Shown: positions 38,501 through 48,307 of the stretch, one piece after another
Layout of the letters: every line of letters starts with the position of its first letter
Position numbering within the stretch: the first letter of the stretch is position 1
Origin: Leptogorgia sarmentosa
Taxonomy: Eukaryota
Direction: 5' to 3'
DNA length: 64,000 nucleotides
Assembly: GCA_964658305.1 (NCBI GenBank)
Contig: OZ210885.1
Location: forward strand, 4,650,001-4,714,000
Translations under genes and position numbers: made by a program
The notes under the pieces: generated by a model
Seen by the model: the letters and a program-made list of their open reading frames with translations, nothing else
Databases searched by the model: none
What the model was told of the DNA's origin: nothing

Positions 38501-40311
38501 TAAGGTATATTGATTAACTTACCACATGTGACATACGGGATAGTAGTTCTCGAAGATGTTGTAGATGGTTCAAGATATATACAACAGGATATTTCACTGC
38601 TTGGCTGTGTTTTATAACATATCAAATCTCCAGTTGCAATCTGTTGTCCACTTGCAATAGAATTAGTACCAATATTGTTGGTAGTATTTTCTTCAAATCC
38701 CAAGTATTGACACAGCATTGCCTGACGGTCTTGATCCCAATTTTCTTCATCAACTTTCCTCCATCTTGCGCCATCTTTTATTTCAATAAAACCTTCGTTT
38801 GGTGACTTTGATAATCTAATGTTGGCTCCGGCTAAATAGCAAGTTTATTAATTAGATAAAATACCTTCATTTTGATTGATTATATCAAATACCGACTGTT
38901 AACGCAAACATGCCTAACTACAATGGGATCGTATACTACAAGTAACCGTTGCTACACGCCATTTTGGAGGGCAAGTGTTGTTTTAAACCGAGTGAAATTG
39001 TAACAAATGTGAAGATAATTACTGTGTAAAACAGGCATACGTTTTTTGTATAACATATTCGAAAAATAAAGAAACACGTTTAATGTGTACGTTTTGTGTA
39101 CTATCATTTGTCTTTGTTTCCCCCAACATAGCGGCTAAATTACAAAGCGTTTGGTATGTGACGTCATGCGTATGTAGTCTATAGTAACGATGTTGTCATT
39201 TTCTCAACTTGTCACATGGCCGGAGCTCTCAAAGTTTTCCAAATCCGATCCAAGTTCTACAATTTCATTTTACTCATGTTCTTGCCGATAAATCTCAACA
39301 AGCTGAGAAAAAGGAATGCATGCAACACATCGTTGGTGCACGTACGCTGAAGTTCCCAGCTTTCGGTCCAGTATTTATTTCAGAATGATAAAAACATAGC
39401 TACCTGTTATAACGGTTGGGCTGTTATCCACACATGTGTACTCAGTGTAAATTTCTTTGGAAGTATCAGAACAATATTGTGATAATAATATATTATTGTC
39501 CATTGTCAGTTCACAAGATCTGTTTCCACCACAAAGAGACTTTACCCTACAGCTAGTTATCATGCTACAAGCCGTGTCAATCCGTGCATTGCCATTAAAG
39601 GTTCCACTTTGATCGAAATTTCCATAGTCAGCTTTCTTGATGATCATACGTTGTATTGGAGAGCATTGAACATCATTCATTTTAGCGTTGTAGGCAGTCA
39701 CAGACCCTAATATATAAACAGAACTAAAATTTATTATATTCTCAGTTTAAATATATTGACCCTGCAGTTAAAAACCACTACTAGTGAAAGAAAACTTTCG
39801 ATGAAGCAAAAAACGTCAATATGGCTGTGAATCTAAAATAATACAAAAATTTCAAATGGAAACATTTTACGTAACCGAAATAACTTACCAAAAGTGAACT
39901 TTTGGTTAGGTGTACCACATGATGATGTTACTCTGTTCACATAATTATCGGTCGAAGAAGGCTCACCACATTCAGCCTTTTGGTAGAAATATAGAGATCC
40001 AGCAGCAGATAGTTTTAAACTGTGTTGAAGCTGCTTCGCGTAATTTTTTGCAGATCTCGATATTGGTGTATATACAAACAAACGATTGTTGTAGTTGTGA
40101 TGACTCGTGGCCGCAAACGTTCCACCCGTATTGGTATTTAGCAAAAATTCGGTATTTTTGTAATAATAAAACTGCGCGTTCACATCCAGGCAGTTGTCAG
40201 TCATTACGACATAGTAAGGTATAGCATGACTCGGAATGTTGTACACGAGTCCCCCCGATTTTGTAATACATTTTCCAGAGTTGACATGTCTGAGAAAAAG
40301 ACTTTGACAAT
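7812..40311 (-). CDS. Giant type-I membrane receptor-like protein: ricin-B/beta-trefoil, SUEL lectin, SRCR-like, F5/8C, 9x(FN3-FN3-RPTP membrane-proximal FN3-like), TM, short tail; about 3,500 aa; 5' end not found; unit-1 exon C interrupted by a transposon
   Basis: 53 exons traced with consistent phases (about 10,550 nt). Each repeat unit is FN3-A 288 nt (303 in unit 1), FN3-B 297 nt (294 in unit 9), then 73 + 256 + 58 nt. No PTP catalytic exon lies between the TM exon and the stop at 7812. Confidence 0.85.
8663..12113 (-). CDS. Receptor repeat unit 9 (membrane-proximal; exons B, C and D diverged)
   Basis: Exons A 11826-12113, B 10412-10705, S 9957-10029, C 9044-9299, D 8663-8720. Confidence 0.85.
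9592..9830. mobile_element. Harbinger-like MITE with ~50-bp near-perfect TIRs
   Basis: gccggttgtatcaaaggcgtttagcttaaacggtggataagtaaaa and its reverse complement at 9783-9830. CTG duplication at 9589-9591 / 9831-9833. Diverged relative at about 46517-46760. Confidence 0.85.
11376..11589. mobile_element. Tc1/mariner-type MITE
   Basis: Long TIR CAGTACTGTGCAACAGTTATAGGCACCTCGTGAAAAAGCATTTGACGCCATCTTATTGTAAAC, with TA on both sides. Confidence 0.85.
12350..14121 (-). CDS. Receptor repeat unit 8
   Basis: Exons A 13834-14121, B 13314-13610, S 12944-13016, C 12502-12757, D 12350-12407. Confidence 0.85.
15018..17248 (-). CDS. Receptor repeat unit 7
   Basis: Exons A 16961-17248, B 16448-16744, S 15801-15873, C 15164-15419, D 15018-15075. 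Confidence 0.85.
17812..19710 (-). CDS. Receptor repeat unit 6
   Basis: Exons A 19423-19710, B 18944-19240, S 18668-18740, C 18216-18471, D 17812-17869. Confidence 0.85.
20276..22208 (-). CDS. Receptor repeat unit 5
   Basis: Exons A 21921-22208, B 21275-21571, S 20932-21004, C 20424-20679, D 20276-20333. Confidence 0.85.
22621..24393 (-). CDS. Receptor repeat unit 4
   Basis: Exons A 24106-24393, B 23582-23878, S 23263-23335, C 22769-23024, D 22621-22678. Confidence 0.85.
24726..27027 (-). CDS. Receptor repeat unit 3
   Basis: Exons A 26740-27027, B 26218-26514, S 25370-25442, C 24886-25141, D 24726-24783. Confidence 0.85.
27454..30113 (-). CDS. Receptor repeat unit 2
   Basis: Exons A 29826-30113, B 29318-29614, S 28094-28166, C 27601-27856, D 27454-27511. 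Confidence 0.85.
28355..28499. mobile_element. Short TIR element with GG...CC ends and 8-bp TSD (Merlin-like), CCTAAC-like core
   Basis: Perfect TIR GGTTATATTTTCATGTTACGCA. TSD TAAAAACA at 28347-28354 and 28500-28507. Confidence 0.8.
28615..28827. mobile_element. MITE
   Basis: Perfect TIR agagagtttaagcttcgcgtt / aacgcgaagcttaaactctct. Confidence 0.75.
28875..29184. mobile_element. hAT-type MITE
   Basis: TIR CAGGGGCGAAACTT / AAGTTTCGCCCCTG. Perfect 8-bp TSD TATATAGC (28867-28874, 29185-29192). Confidence 0.9.
30849..36274 (-). CDS. Receptor repeat unit 1 (exon C split by transposon)
   Basis: Exons A 35972-36274, B 35357-35653, S 34608-34680, D 30849-30906. Exon C is 33932-34028 plus 30999-31157 (97 + 159 = 256 nt, the normal length). 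Confidence 0.8.
31170..31790. repeat. 61-bp subterminal tandem repeat (about 8 full copies plus partials)
   Basis: Unit gacctcgtttcgacgttcaatcgacgtcgttatcctgacttaatatcgacgtcga(c/a)aaatt starting at 31286, 31347, 31408, 31469, 31530, 31591, 31652 and 31713. Confidence 0.95.
33600..33917. repeat. ~22-bp subterminal tandem repeat of the same element
   Basis: Repeated tcaacgttgaatcgacgtcgaaa. Confidence 0.9.
34190..34545. repeat. Interspersed repeat; second copy at about 54395-54720
   Basis: Both copies share gagacaattgtagt...cagcgaaa.ttcaccggcaga.ttttcttgcttagtt.atttcacattttacagcga. Confidence 0.75.
36380..37410 (-). CDS. Receptor F5/8 type C (discoidin) domain exons
   Basis: Exon 37127-37410 (CNKPL...ARFYGDGWC...EYLLINLQNDYHITRVVTMG...SYSLRYS) and exon 36380-36506 (VNGNQNG...VRYIKI...CLRIELCGE). 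The second exon ends at a GC donor, AAG|GCAAGG. Confidence 0.85.
37679..37777. repeat. Perfect 42-bp-arm palindrome
   Basis: cttattgaatggtttgacatgcaatacggcctggtattttac, a 15-nt loop, then its exact reverse complement. Confidence 0.9.
38523..38831 (-). CDS. Receptor degenerate SRCR-like domain exon
   Basis: ANIRLSKSPNEGFIEIKDGARWRKVDEENWDQDRQAMLCQYLGF...PYVTC matches the SRCR pattern RL...EG.VE....W..V....W......VCRQLG...V.C. Phase 1-1 exon. Confidence 0.75.
39404..39706 (-). CDS. Receptor SUEL/rhamnose-binding (Gal_Lectin)-like domain exon
   Basis: C...I.KADYG...C...VKSLCGGNRSC...C.DTSKEIYTEYTC. Phase 1-1 exon. Confidence 0.75.
39889..40311 (-). CDS. Receptor ricin-B/beta-trefoil-like domain exon
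   Basis: LRHVNSGKCIT...DNCLDVNAQFYY...CGTPNQKFTFG shows the (S)GKC..., C....Q.F repeats typical of R-type lectin trefoils. Confidence 0.65.
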
Positions 40312-40799
40312 CTATAAAAAATTGTGAACATATTAAAGTAAAAAGAAAAGAAAATATGTATAAATTCATTCATTCATTCATTCAAAATACATCAAAAGTT
40401 TCATGACTCTAAATTAAACAATAAACCGTACGAATTCGACAATACCAACAAAGGCCTTTCAATTGGAGTTAGTTGCCACTTGCCAAGGGTGTGGAGAGAA
40501 ACTGTGCATGCTTTCATGTACAAGTGAATATATATTTTTTTAAACATGGCGATGATGACGAGGCAAAGTAAAAATAAAATCAAGTATGATATGTTGAATT
40601 AATAGAGCATTAGTTTGTGTTATTTGCCGAATCTGTAGACGGAGGATGTTTATATAGATATTTGAGCAAGCCATTTCAATTTTTCCGCTTTTGGCATTTT
40701 GGCTTTTTCCGCATTTGCGGGGGCGGGGGTTAGTCACCTCCTAACCCCCCTTAAATTTCGCCCCTGAATATATTGGAATTTTAAAAAATGATTTTAGAA

Positions 40800-43700
40800 T
40801 TTTTAAATACCAGAAATATCGACAATTTCTACTAAAACGCTAACATTTCGGAAATTATTGTGCTGAACGCAAAGAAACTTTGACTGCAGAAGATCACACC
40901 TGGCACCGGCCTAGCAGCGCGTGAAATGTGTTCAACTGTCTACATGCGTATACAGGGAAAGTGACGAAAGCACGTTTTCTCATTTGCATAATTCGATATA
41001 TTCGATATTTTCCGTTCGATGTCGATATATCGATTTTTTCAAAATCGAAACTGGTAATATATATTTCATACAATGTTTCAAACTTCAAACGTCGCATTTT
41101 TAGTGCTGCGAGTATTATACAATCTACAGCTGGTGAAACTAAAATGCCTTACTTTACAGAACAATGTGCCACATGAGCTGAAAAGTAAGCACACCATGCA
41201 GGATAAATTGACCATGGCATTTGATTTTCGGCGAAGATTTCGGGTTCTGTGTTAACTTCCGCGTATGACTTGCTCAGCACCTTACAATAGCACACATGCG
41301 ATAAGGGCCTTTTAACCAATCAGCGCATTTGTTTACCTTCCGGTGCTTTACTTGGCCAATCAGATATACGTTTAGACGTGTAGCTACATATTTCGAAACG
41401 ATTGCTAGTCGTGAATAATGCATTGTAAGGGCCTGGTGTTTAAAATTTGTCTTTTATCGCTTAGTTATGAAATCATTCGCATTTAAAAAACGTCGTATAC
41501 TCTCGAATAGTTTATTCTGGGATAGCTTATGTAAAAGTTCTTAACTTGCTCAGCGCCTTTTGACGTAATTTCGTTTTTGATAAACCAGCGCGTTTGTTTA
41601 CCTTCTGGTACTGATTAATAATTTTTGACTTGCGTTTGAGCTCTAGATGCGAGTGGCATCAAAACGAGGTCGGTGGGTTAAAAAACAGGCAAAATTATCG
41701 TTAAATAAAAAAAATTAATTATTATGATTATTATTAAATAGTTTTACCTTCAGGTGCTTTATTAAGCCAATCAGAACGCGTAGATTGATATGGGTTCTAC
41801 TGGTTTAGACATGTATTTTAAAACGAAAGTTACAGTCGTAAATAATGCATTGTCAGGGCCAAAAATTTGTCTTTCGTCGCTCAGCTAGGTATGAGATCAT
41901 TATCATTAATTCGCATTTTGAAAATGTCGTACGCCAGGTTGCTCTCAAAAAGCTTATTTTAGAACACTAAATATACATTAATACAGCACTTGATTTGTAA
42001 AATTAGATGCAATTAACATACTCCTGGTCTTTTACCGATATACTTCATGCCTAATTTATAGCTATATAGTTGCCATATGTCGATATTTTCTGTGAATATT
42101 CATATTTTAAATGTCGATATTCGAATTTTCAAATATCGTAAATATCGACAGTTTCTGCTAACCACTAAACCACCAAAGCCTCACAACTACTACCATCTGA
42201 AATTAAAACCGTAAACAGAGGTTTGAGATCAGGATCTCACCTGGCCTCGCAAGCGACATTGAGTGCGTGACGACATGCAATAGTTTTGTGATGACCAATG
42301 CTTTTTTTTCAACTGTCTACATGCCCATACACACAAATTGACAAAATTACGTTTTCTCATTTGCATAACTTCATATATTCTATATTACTTTTTTTTCGAT
42401 GTCGATATATCGATTTTTTCAATGGCGAATAATATTGCACAATGTTTCATCCTTGTTACGACAAGTTCAAACGTTGTATTTTTTATGTGCCGTGTTTATT
42501 ATGCCATCTACAGCCAGTAAAATTAAAACTAAAATGCCTTACCTTTCAGCACAAATATTAACGTACAGTATAGAAAAAACCAGCGATGAATTGGCCATGG
42601 CATTTTTCGCGTTTTGTGATATCTTCCGCATATAACTTGCTCGGCTCCTTTTGATGCAGGATGGACACAATTGCGCACAACAAGGGCGAATTTCGTTTTT
42701 AACCAATCAGCGTATTTGTTTACCTTTAAATTCGGTGCTAATTGAACCAATCAGAACACGCAGACTTATATTGCTTCCGGTTTAGACGTGTAGCTATTTC
42801 GAAACGAAAGTTGCAGTCGTGAATAATGCATGTCAGGGCTTGGTTTTTAAAATTTTTCTTTCATTTCTTAGTTAAGAAATCATTCGCATTTAATAAACGT
42901 CGTATAATCTCGAATAGCTCATTCTGGGATACTTAATATACATTACAACAGTATATGTAAAGGTTCTTGACTTGCTCAGCGTCTTTCGACGCAATTTCGT
43001 TTTTGATAAACCAGCGCATTTGTTTACCTTCTGATACTGATTAATAATTTTTGGCTTGCGCTTGGGCTCAAGATGCGAGTGGCATCAAAACGAGGTCGTT
43101 GGGTTAAAAAACAGGCAAAATTATCGTTATGTCAAAAATTAATTATTATAATTATTTATTTATTAAATAGTTTACCTTCCAGTGCTTTATTAAGCCGATC
43201 AGAACGCGTAGATTCACATGGGTTCCACTGGTTTAAACATGTATTTTAAAACGAAAGTTGCAGTCGTAGGCAATTCATTGTAAGGGCCTGGTTTTTAAAA
43301 TTTGTCTTTCATCACTTATGTGATGAGGTTATGAAATCATTCGCATTTAAAAAACGTCGTATACCACCCGTTGAACAAAGACCTCAACGGGTAGTACCCG
43401 ATATTTCTCAATTGAGAACATGGGTAATGCCCACGCTGGACTATCGTCTAAGTAGCCTGGCCTGGTAAATTATGAACAGTAATTGCCCGGGTCTATAATC
43501 ATGTGCATTTAGTCAGGCCAGAGTGGTGAGCAGCGAGCTCGATGTAGCTCAAGTGGTAAGGCGCGCGGTGCGTGCGTTACAGTTCTATAGTTCAAGCCCC
43601 AGTTCGACACATTTTTTCAGCGTTAGTGATGAAAACTTTTTTTTCCTCAATATTTATCTGACCACAATGGTCAGGGTTAGGATTCTAGGGTTTGGGTTGG

Positions 43701-43970
43701 GATTAAGGAAATTCTTAGTATATAGAAAAATGGTTTATATCTAACACTAATATAACTATATCAAGAGTAATACTGAAACGCCTACCAGCAAGCTTAGGCG
43801 ATAGTCCAGCGTGGGCATTACCCGTGTTCTCAATTGAGAAATATTGGTTACTACCCGTTGAGGTCTTTGTTCAACGGCTGCGTATACTCTCGAATAGCTC
43901 ATTCTGGGATACTCAATATACACCACAGCAGTATATGTAAAAGTTCCTGGCTTGCTCGGCGCCTTTTGAA
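40800..43970. repeat. ~1.4-kb direct duplication with internal CCAAT-rich subrepeats
   Basis: Landmarks recur at about 1380-1430 bp spacing: aactgtctacatgc 40933/42311, aaccaatcagcg 41314/42701, gatgcgagtggcatcaaaacgaggtcg 41646/43071. Confidence 0.85.
43365..43880. mobile_element. Non-autonomous TIR element (CA...TG ends, 7-bp TSD; P-element-like) with tRNA-like core
   Basis: About 85-bp TIRs. TSD CGTATAC, confirmed by the empty paralogous site cgtCGTATACtctcgaatag at 41491-41510. Confidence 0.85.
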
Positions 43971-44554
43971 AGTATGCTGAATTCGTCAAATAATTGCAGA
44001 CGATCTGTACTGATCTGTACCAACTTTTTGGGGACACCCTGTGCAGTGAAGGTTGGACTCGCTATCCCTAAACAACACAATAAGCCGGTTCGAGGTTTCG
44101 AGCCAATGTCGTCCTTCGTTTTGATCGCTAAATTTATTTTTATCAAATTTAACCTACTAAAGTAATTATATTTTTAGCCTAAATATAGAAGCAAATATTG
44201 TCAAATCTCGCCTTCAGCTTCAAAAATTGTCAGTGAAGAGAGAAAGAGCAGGTAATTTTCGAACGATGAACAGTTTAAGAGTACCTAAACCGAAAACAGA
44301 TTATCTGAAAAAGTCCATGTGTCTTCTCAAAAAGGTATATTACAGAACCGTCTTGATAAATGAGCTAAGATGCTCAGACTACTAGTCATAAGCCGTTCGC
44401 GAAGACTTTTAAACAAAAATATTGAAATAATTATATATAGCTAAAAAGGTGTCTTTATATAGTATACTTTTACATTGTTTTTAACTTCAGTTATTTCATG
44501 CACGACTATAATTATCAGTATTGTATGTAAATACCTATTGTGATTAAATAAATG

Positions 44555-45180
44555 CATATTATTATTATTATTATTATTATTGTTATCATCATCATTATCA
44601 TTGTCTATCGCTGCATTATCATCAATACACAAGGCCAAATGGTAAACCGCCCTCTTGCAAACGCTCAGAACTTCGGGCCGATGACGAAATACGCGGGCCG
44701 TAATGTTTATAGCAGCCCTGCTTACTATTGGTTTGGTCAAGCGAACATCACGCCATTCCCTTTGACCAATCAGAAATCCGGAAGCCAGTGATTTGGACGA
44801 GAACAACAAGATCAAGGTCAACTGATCAAGGTCACTATACTTGCTTTTTTATGGTTTTATCGCAAATATATGGCGTGATATATTGTTAAAATGTTAATTG
44901 TTGAAGTTTTAAGAAAATTAAATCGTCTGAGAATAAATTTCAGTTACTTGATTGTTTTTATATGTTCAATATTTACGATATGACCTATTTGTCCTTGTAT
45001 ATTGATGATAATAATAATAAAATGACCCTTGTCGGGTCATATTTGTTTATTTGTATATAATTATGCCCTCCAAAAGTCATATTATTCCCTTATTATCATT
45101 GCATTATTATTATCACTATCATTATCAATCATCATTATTATTTAAAAAAAATTATTATTATTATTATTGCTATTATTATC
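44555..45180. repeat. (ATT/ATC)n microsatellites flanking an element with inverted ends (44615-45012)
   Basis: attatcatcaatacacaaggccaaat / atttgtccttgtatattgatgataat inside ATT repeats. Confidence 0.6.
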
Positions 45181-45729
45181 AAAAGCAGAAAGATTCCTCT
45201 ATAAAACGTATGACGACGATTGCAATCCGAACAACTTATTTCATACTCCGTAGCAAAAACAAAGAATGGGAGAACCCAATTCTTTTATCTTATTAACGTT
45301 TTGTAAATAGACATTTAAGTTGATTCAAGTAGCCGGTTATATATAAATTACCTATTGTATAGTGAGATTTATAACACTGTATTATAATCTAAATAATTTC
45401 ATTAAGTTTCCATTACTAACATTATTGAGGGTGTCCCAAAAAAGTAACCACTATATCGAAGTCGACAAAACAATTTGACGTGACGATCGAGCAAGCAAAT
45501 TGACTTCACAAATAAAAATTACTCTAACAAATATTCCTTGGCCTGTAGACAGTTGAACCATTCTTCAACATACAACAACATTATTCTATTTCTATGTCTA
45601 TCATTTTCGTCCTTCTTAACACACCTGCAGTTATGTATTAGGTTTCTCTCCCATAAAAGATATATCCATAGCAAGTAACTCGTCGCATTTCTCCACAGTA
45701 CCATGTCTGATTCTTATTCCGTCCGTTGT

Positions 45730-46240
45730 GTTTCAATTCTTCGCAATGATTATTGGAGTTTTGGAAAATGCGAAGCGAGTACCGATCTCAACTCCCTGAG
45801 TTGAGCAGCTCTGATCAGAGAGGCATACAAAGTCACTTGGAGGAGAATAATTATCCTGGTACATTCCGAAAGAAAAAGCACTCCCCCACTCCAGTCCCAG
45901 TCTTGTTGCTCGAAGAAAAGAGCTCGTCAGTAATGGCAAAGGCAACAAACCACAAGCCACTTGAGCCCTCATCGATGTCGAGGTAGACAAACTATTTCAC
46001 TCCGGGCAATTCGAAGACCGCCACGGTAGTCCAGAAATTCTGCAGCGTGCTATTTGGTGGCTTGTACCCTGCATTTCGTTTTAGAGCTCGGGACGGAAGC
46101 CGCCAACTTGCACACAGAAAACGACGGTCAAGAAATGCTAGTATGGCTAGGCGAAAGAGGTACGGTACGGCTTTAAAATCTTGCGTACAACAACACTTCA
46201 ATGAGGTCATTCTATATTTTGTTTTGACGCCAAAAATGGT
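45730..46240 (+). pseudogene. Decayed Crypton-type tyrosine-recombinase (DUF3504-like) transposon fragment
   Basis: Across frameshifts: QRGIQSHLEENNYPG / ARRKELVSNGKGNKPQAT*ALIDVEVDKLFHSGQF...SPEILQRAIWWLV / FRARDGSRQL / ENDGQEMLVWLGERGT. This matches the DUF3504 pattern KGNKP.A...L...E...L...G.....P..L...W....HFG.R.R..H..L as I recall it. Confidence 0.75.
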
Positions 46241-47017
46241 CCAAAATTTTCCTGGAACAAGCTTACACGATCTTCTTCCGGCATCCAGTTTGAATAACAG
46301 ATAGGCATCTATTACACGATACAGGATTACCATCGGAGCGACTTCAAATTTTCCTGTTTCAAAGTGAATTTGGCATTTGATACTGTTAATATAACAGAAT
46401 TAAACGTTTCAAGAGCAGAGAAGACTGGACGCGTCCTTAATTTCAATGATTCAGCAATTACTCACTGGTGAATGTTTTTTAAAATCACTCAAAATTACTG
46501 TAGTATACCTGGGCCACTGGGGCCGGTTGTTCGTAGACGGTTTAGCTTAAACGTTGATAATCCAGAATTTTATGTAGATCTGTGTATTCATTAAACACCC
46601 AAAATGAAATTTTTCAATCTGAAAAGAACATGCGTACATAGTAGAATTACATATTTGGTGTTTAAGATTTGTATTAAGTTATTCGCAAAACAAATGGGAG
46701 TGTAATATAAATTTGACTTATGCGCCGTTTAAGTTACGGGCTATATACGAACAACGGGCCAACAACCGGGTAATAACAGACCGAGGTGTCATTCGAAAAA
46801 AGCGCAAGGTGTTTTTGTTTGGCTGCCATATTTTTAATAAGTAACTGCACGTGTGCATTTTACGAAAATACAAAAACTGTGCAGTTACTTGGTAAAATAT
46901 GGCGGGCAGACAAAAACACCATACGGCTTGTTTCAGACTTTCGCCAAATGAGACCTCTGTTTGTTATTGCCCTGTACCTGGACTTACATTATACTCGTGA
47001 CGTTTGTGTCAGCGGAT

Positions 47018-47090
47018 GCCCGACTAGCTCAGTAGGTAGAGCATGAGACTCTTAATCTCAGGGTCGTGGGTTCGAGCCCCACGTTGGGCG
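47018..47090 (+). tRNA. tRNA-Lys (anticodon CUU)
   Basis: GCCCGACTAGCTCAGTAGGTAGAGCATGAGACT-CTT-AATCTCAGGGTCGTGGGTTCGAGCCCCACGTTGGGCG. 73 nt with an intact cloverleaf and A/B boxes. Confidence 0.97.
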
Positions 47091-47094
47091 AGCA

Positions 47095-47102
47095 TTTTTT
47101 TT
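47095..47102 (+). terminator. Pol III oligo-dT terminator
   Basis: T8 run starting 5 nt after the tRNA. Confidence 0.8.
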
Positions 47103-47286
47103 GACACAATTCTTTTTCCTTTTATCTAAAAAATGAATAAAGTCCTTATTGAATACATGACTGCGTCTTCATTGTTACAAAAAAATTCGATTCTTCATTG
47201 CTAATTAAAATAATCCAAAAGTAATTCACAGCCTTGCTTTGTATGTAGCATGTGTAAAAGTTGAGGATAGTCATAGACTACAGCAA

Positions 47287-47723
47287 GCAGAAAAATTTTT
47301 TGGGATCACTTTCTTTGGGATACTTAGTAACCGCGCGTGCTTTATATGTTGTATTGCAAAATGTATTCATATAAAAGGTTTTTACCGGCAATTTAATCGA
47401 GCTTCGTTGGCTCAAAGATTCTGGTCCCGACTCGTCAGCAGCGAGTCCGCAGGTTCGAATCACAGAATCTCGCGTGTTGGTTTTTGTCATTTTGTTTTTT
47501 TTCTTTCAAGCTTTTTTTCTCAGCATTTTGTTGTTAGAGTCAGAATTACTGTTTGGGCCTGGATTAGAAAAACAAAAAGAGAAAATAAAAAGAAAAGACA
47601 ATATTTTCTGTTTAGAGTCAGAATTGCCATATATAATATTCTCGACGAGAAAGTGTGTCCAGTGAAAACTATAGATCAGTGCTCGGTAACCAAGCCTTAA
47701 AGTGATCCCAAAAAATTTCTGCC
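47287..47723. mobile_element. TIR element with ~8-bp TSD, B-box-containing core and TTAGAGTCAG repeats
   Basis: TIR gcagaaaaattttttgggatcact / agtgatcccaaaaaatttctgcc. Flanks tacagcaa / tacagaaa. Confidence 0.7.
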
Positions 47724-48050
47724 TACAGAAAAGCAAAACAAAAAGCCTTTCTAGATCTCACCCCATGGGACCACTCCTTAAATACGTTGCTATAGGTAGC
47801 GGAAAACAACATCAACAAAAAGCAAAAATTGTACTAAGTTTTGACGTTTCGAGCAAAAACCCTTCCAGTTCGTCAGCCGACGAACGTTCTTTTAAGTTTG
47901 GTATATGTATATAAAATATCCGGAGCCGGTTGCTCGAAAGTTGGATAGTGCATGCTATCCATCGGATAGTGATTTCTTCACTCTTCCTAAAACAGATCAA
48001 ATTTTAATATTTTAAACTTTGTTTTCAATATAAATCTGCAATTTATAGCT

Positions 48051-48225
48051 TGTACTGCACGTCGCAGTTAAATGTAAATTAAACTTTATTTTTAAACTAT
48101 AAACTACAAAATATAAATTGAAAGTCGTTATACGTGTTTTCCGATTCGATTCATGAAACAACAAAAAAACGTCTCGTTTGCGCATGTCTGACATAATAGC
48201 GGCGACAAATTAACCGTTCACAACA
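48051..48225 (-). repeat. 3' LTR
   Basis: tgtactgcac...ttcacaaca. Preceded on the element strand by CCCCGGGAG at the PPT position. Confidence 0.95.
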
Positions 48226-48307
48226 CTCCCGGGGTTGATCAATAAAATTGATCAACTAAACTAATACTAAATTAATGTTAACGTTAATCAATGTACGTGT
48301 CCGTCCA

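Noticed and set aside
7812..40311. Calling the gene a receptor tyrosine phosphatase (PTPRF/PTPRD/PTPRQ)
   Set aside because: Only ectodomain similarity is present. No HCxxGxGR catalytic domain appears before the stop, and the convergent stomatin gene lies 860 bp beyond it.
40312..40583. Hydrophobic ORF starts (MNLYIFSFLF.., LILFLLCLVIIA..) as a signal peptide
   Set aside because: The first overlaps a polypyrimidine tract and acceptor, which can mimic hydrophobic codons. The second has no ATG or compatible donor. Neither is excluded, but both are unsupported.
43537..43612. tRNA gene
   Set aside because: It has A/B-box-like motifs but no proper acceptor or anticodon stems, and it lies inside a TIR element.
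44441..45296. Poly-Asn/Ile/Tyr ORFs
   Set aside because: They are translations of ATT microsatellites.
45625..45704. Candidate first (signal-peptide) exon MVLWRNATSYLLWIYLLWERNLIHNC for the receptor
   Set aside because: The hydrophobic core is weak, and the phase-2 donor does not fit the phase-1 acceptor at 40311 (it would need the alternative acceptor near 40290). It cannot be supported without RNA data.
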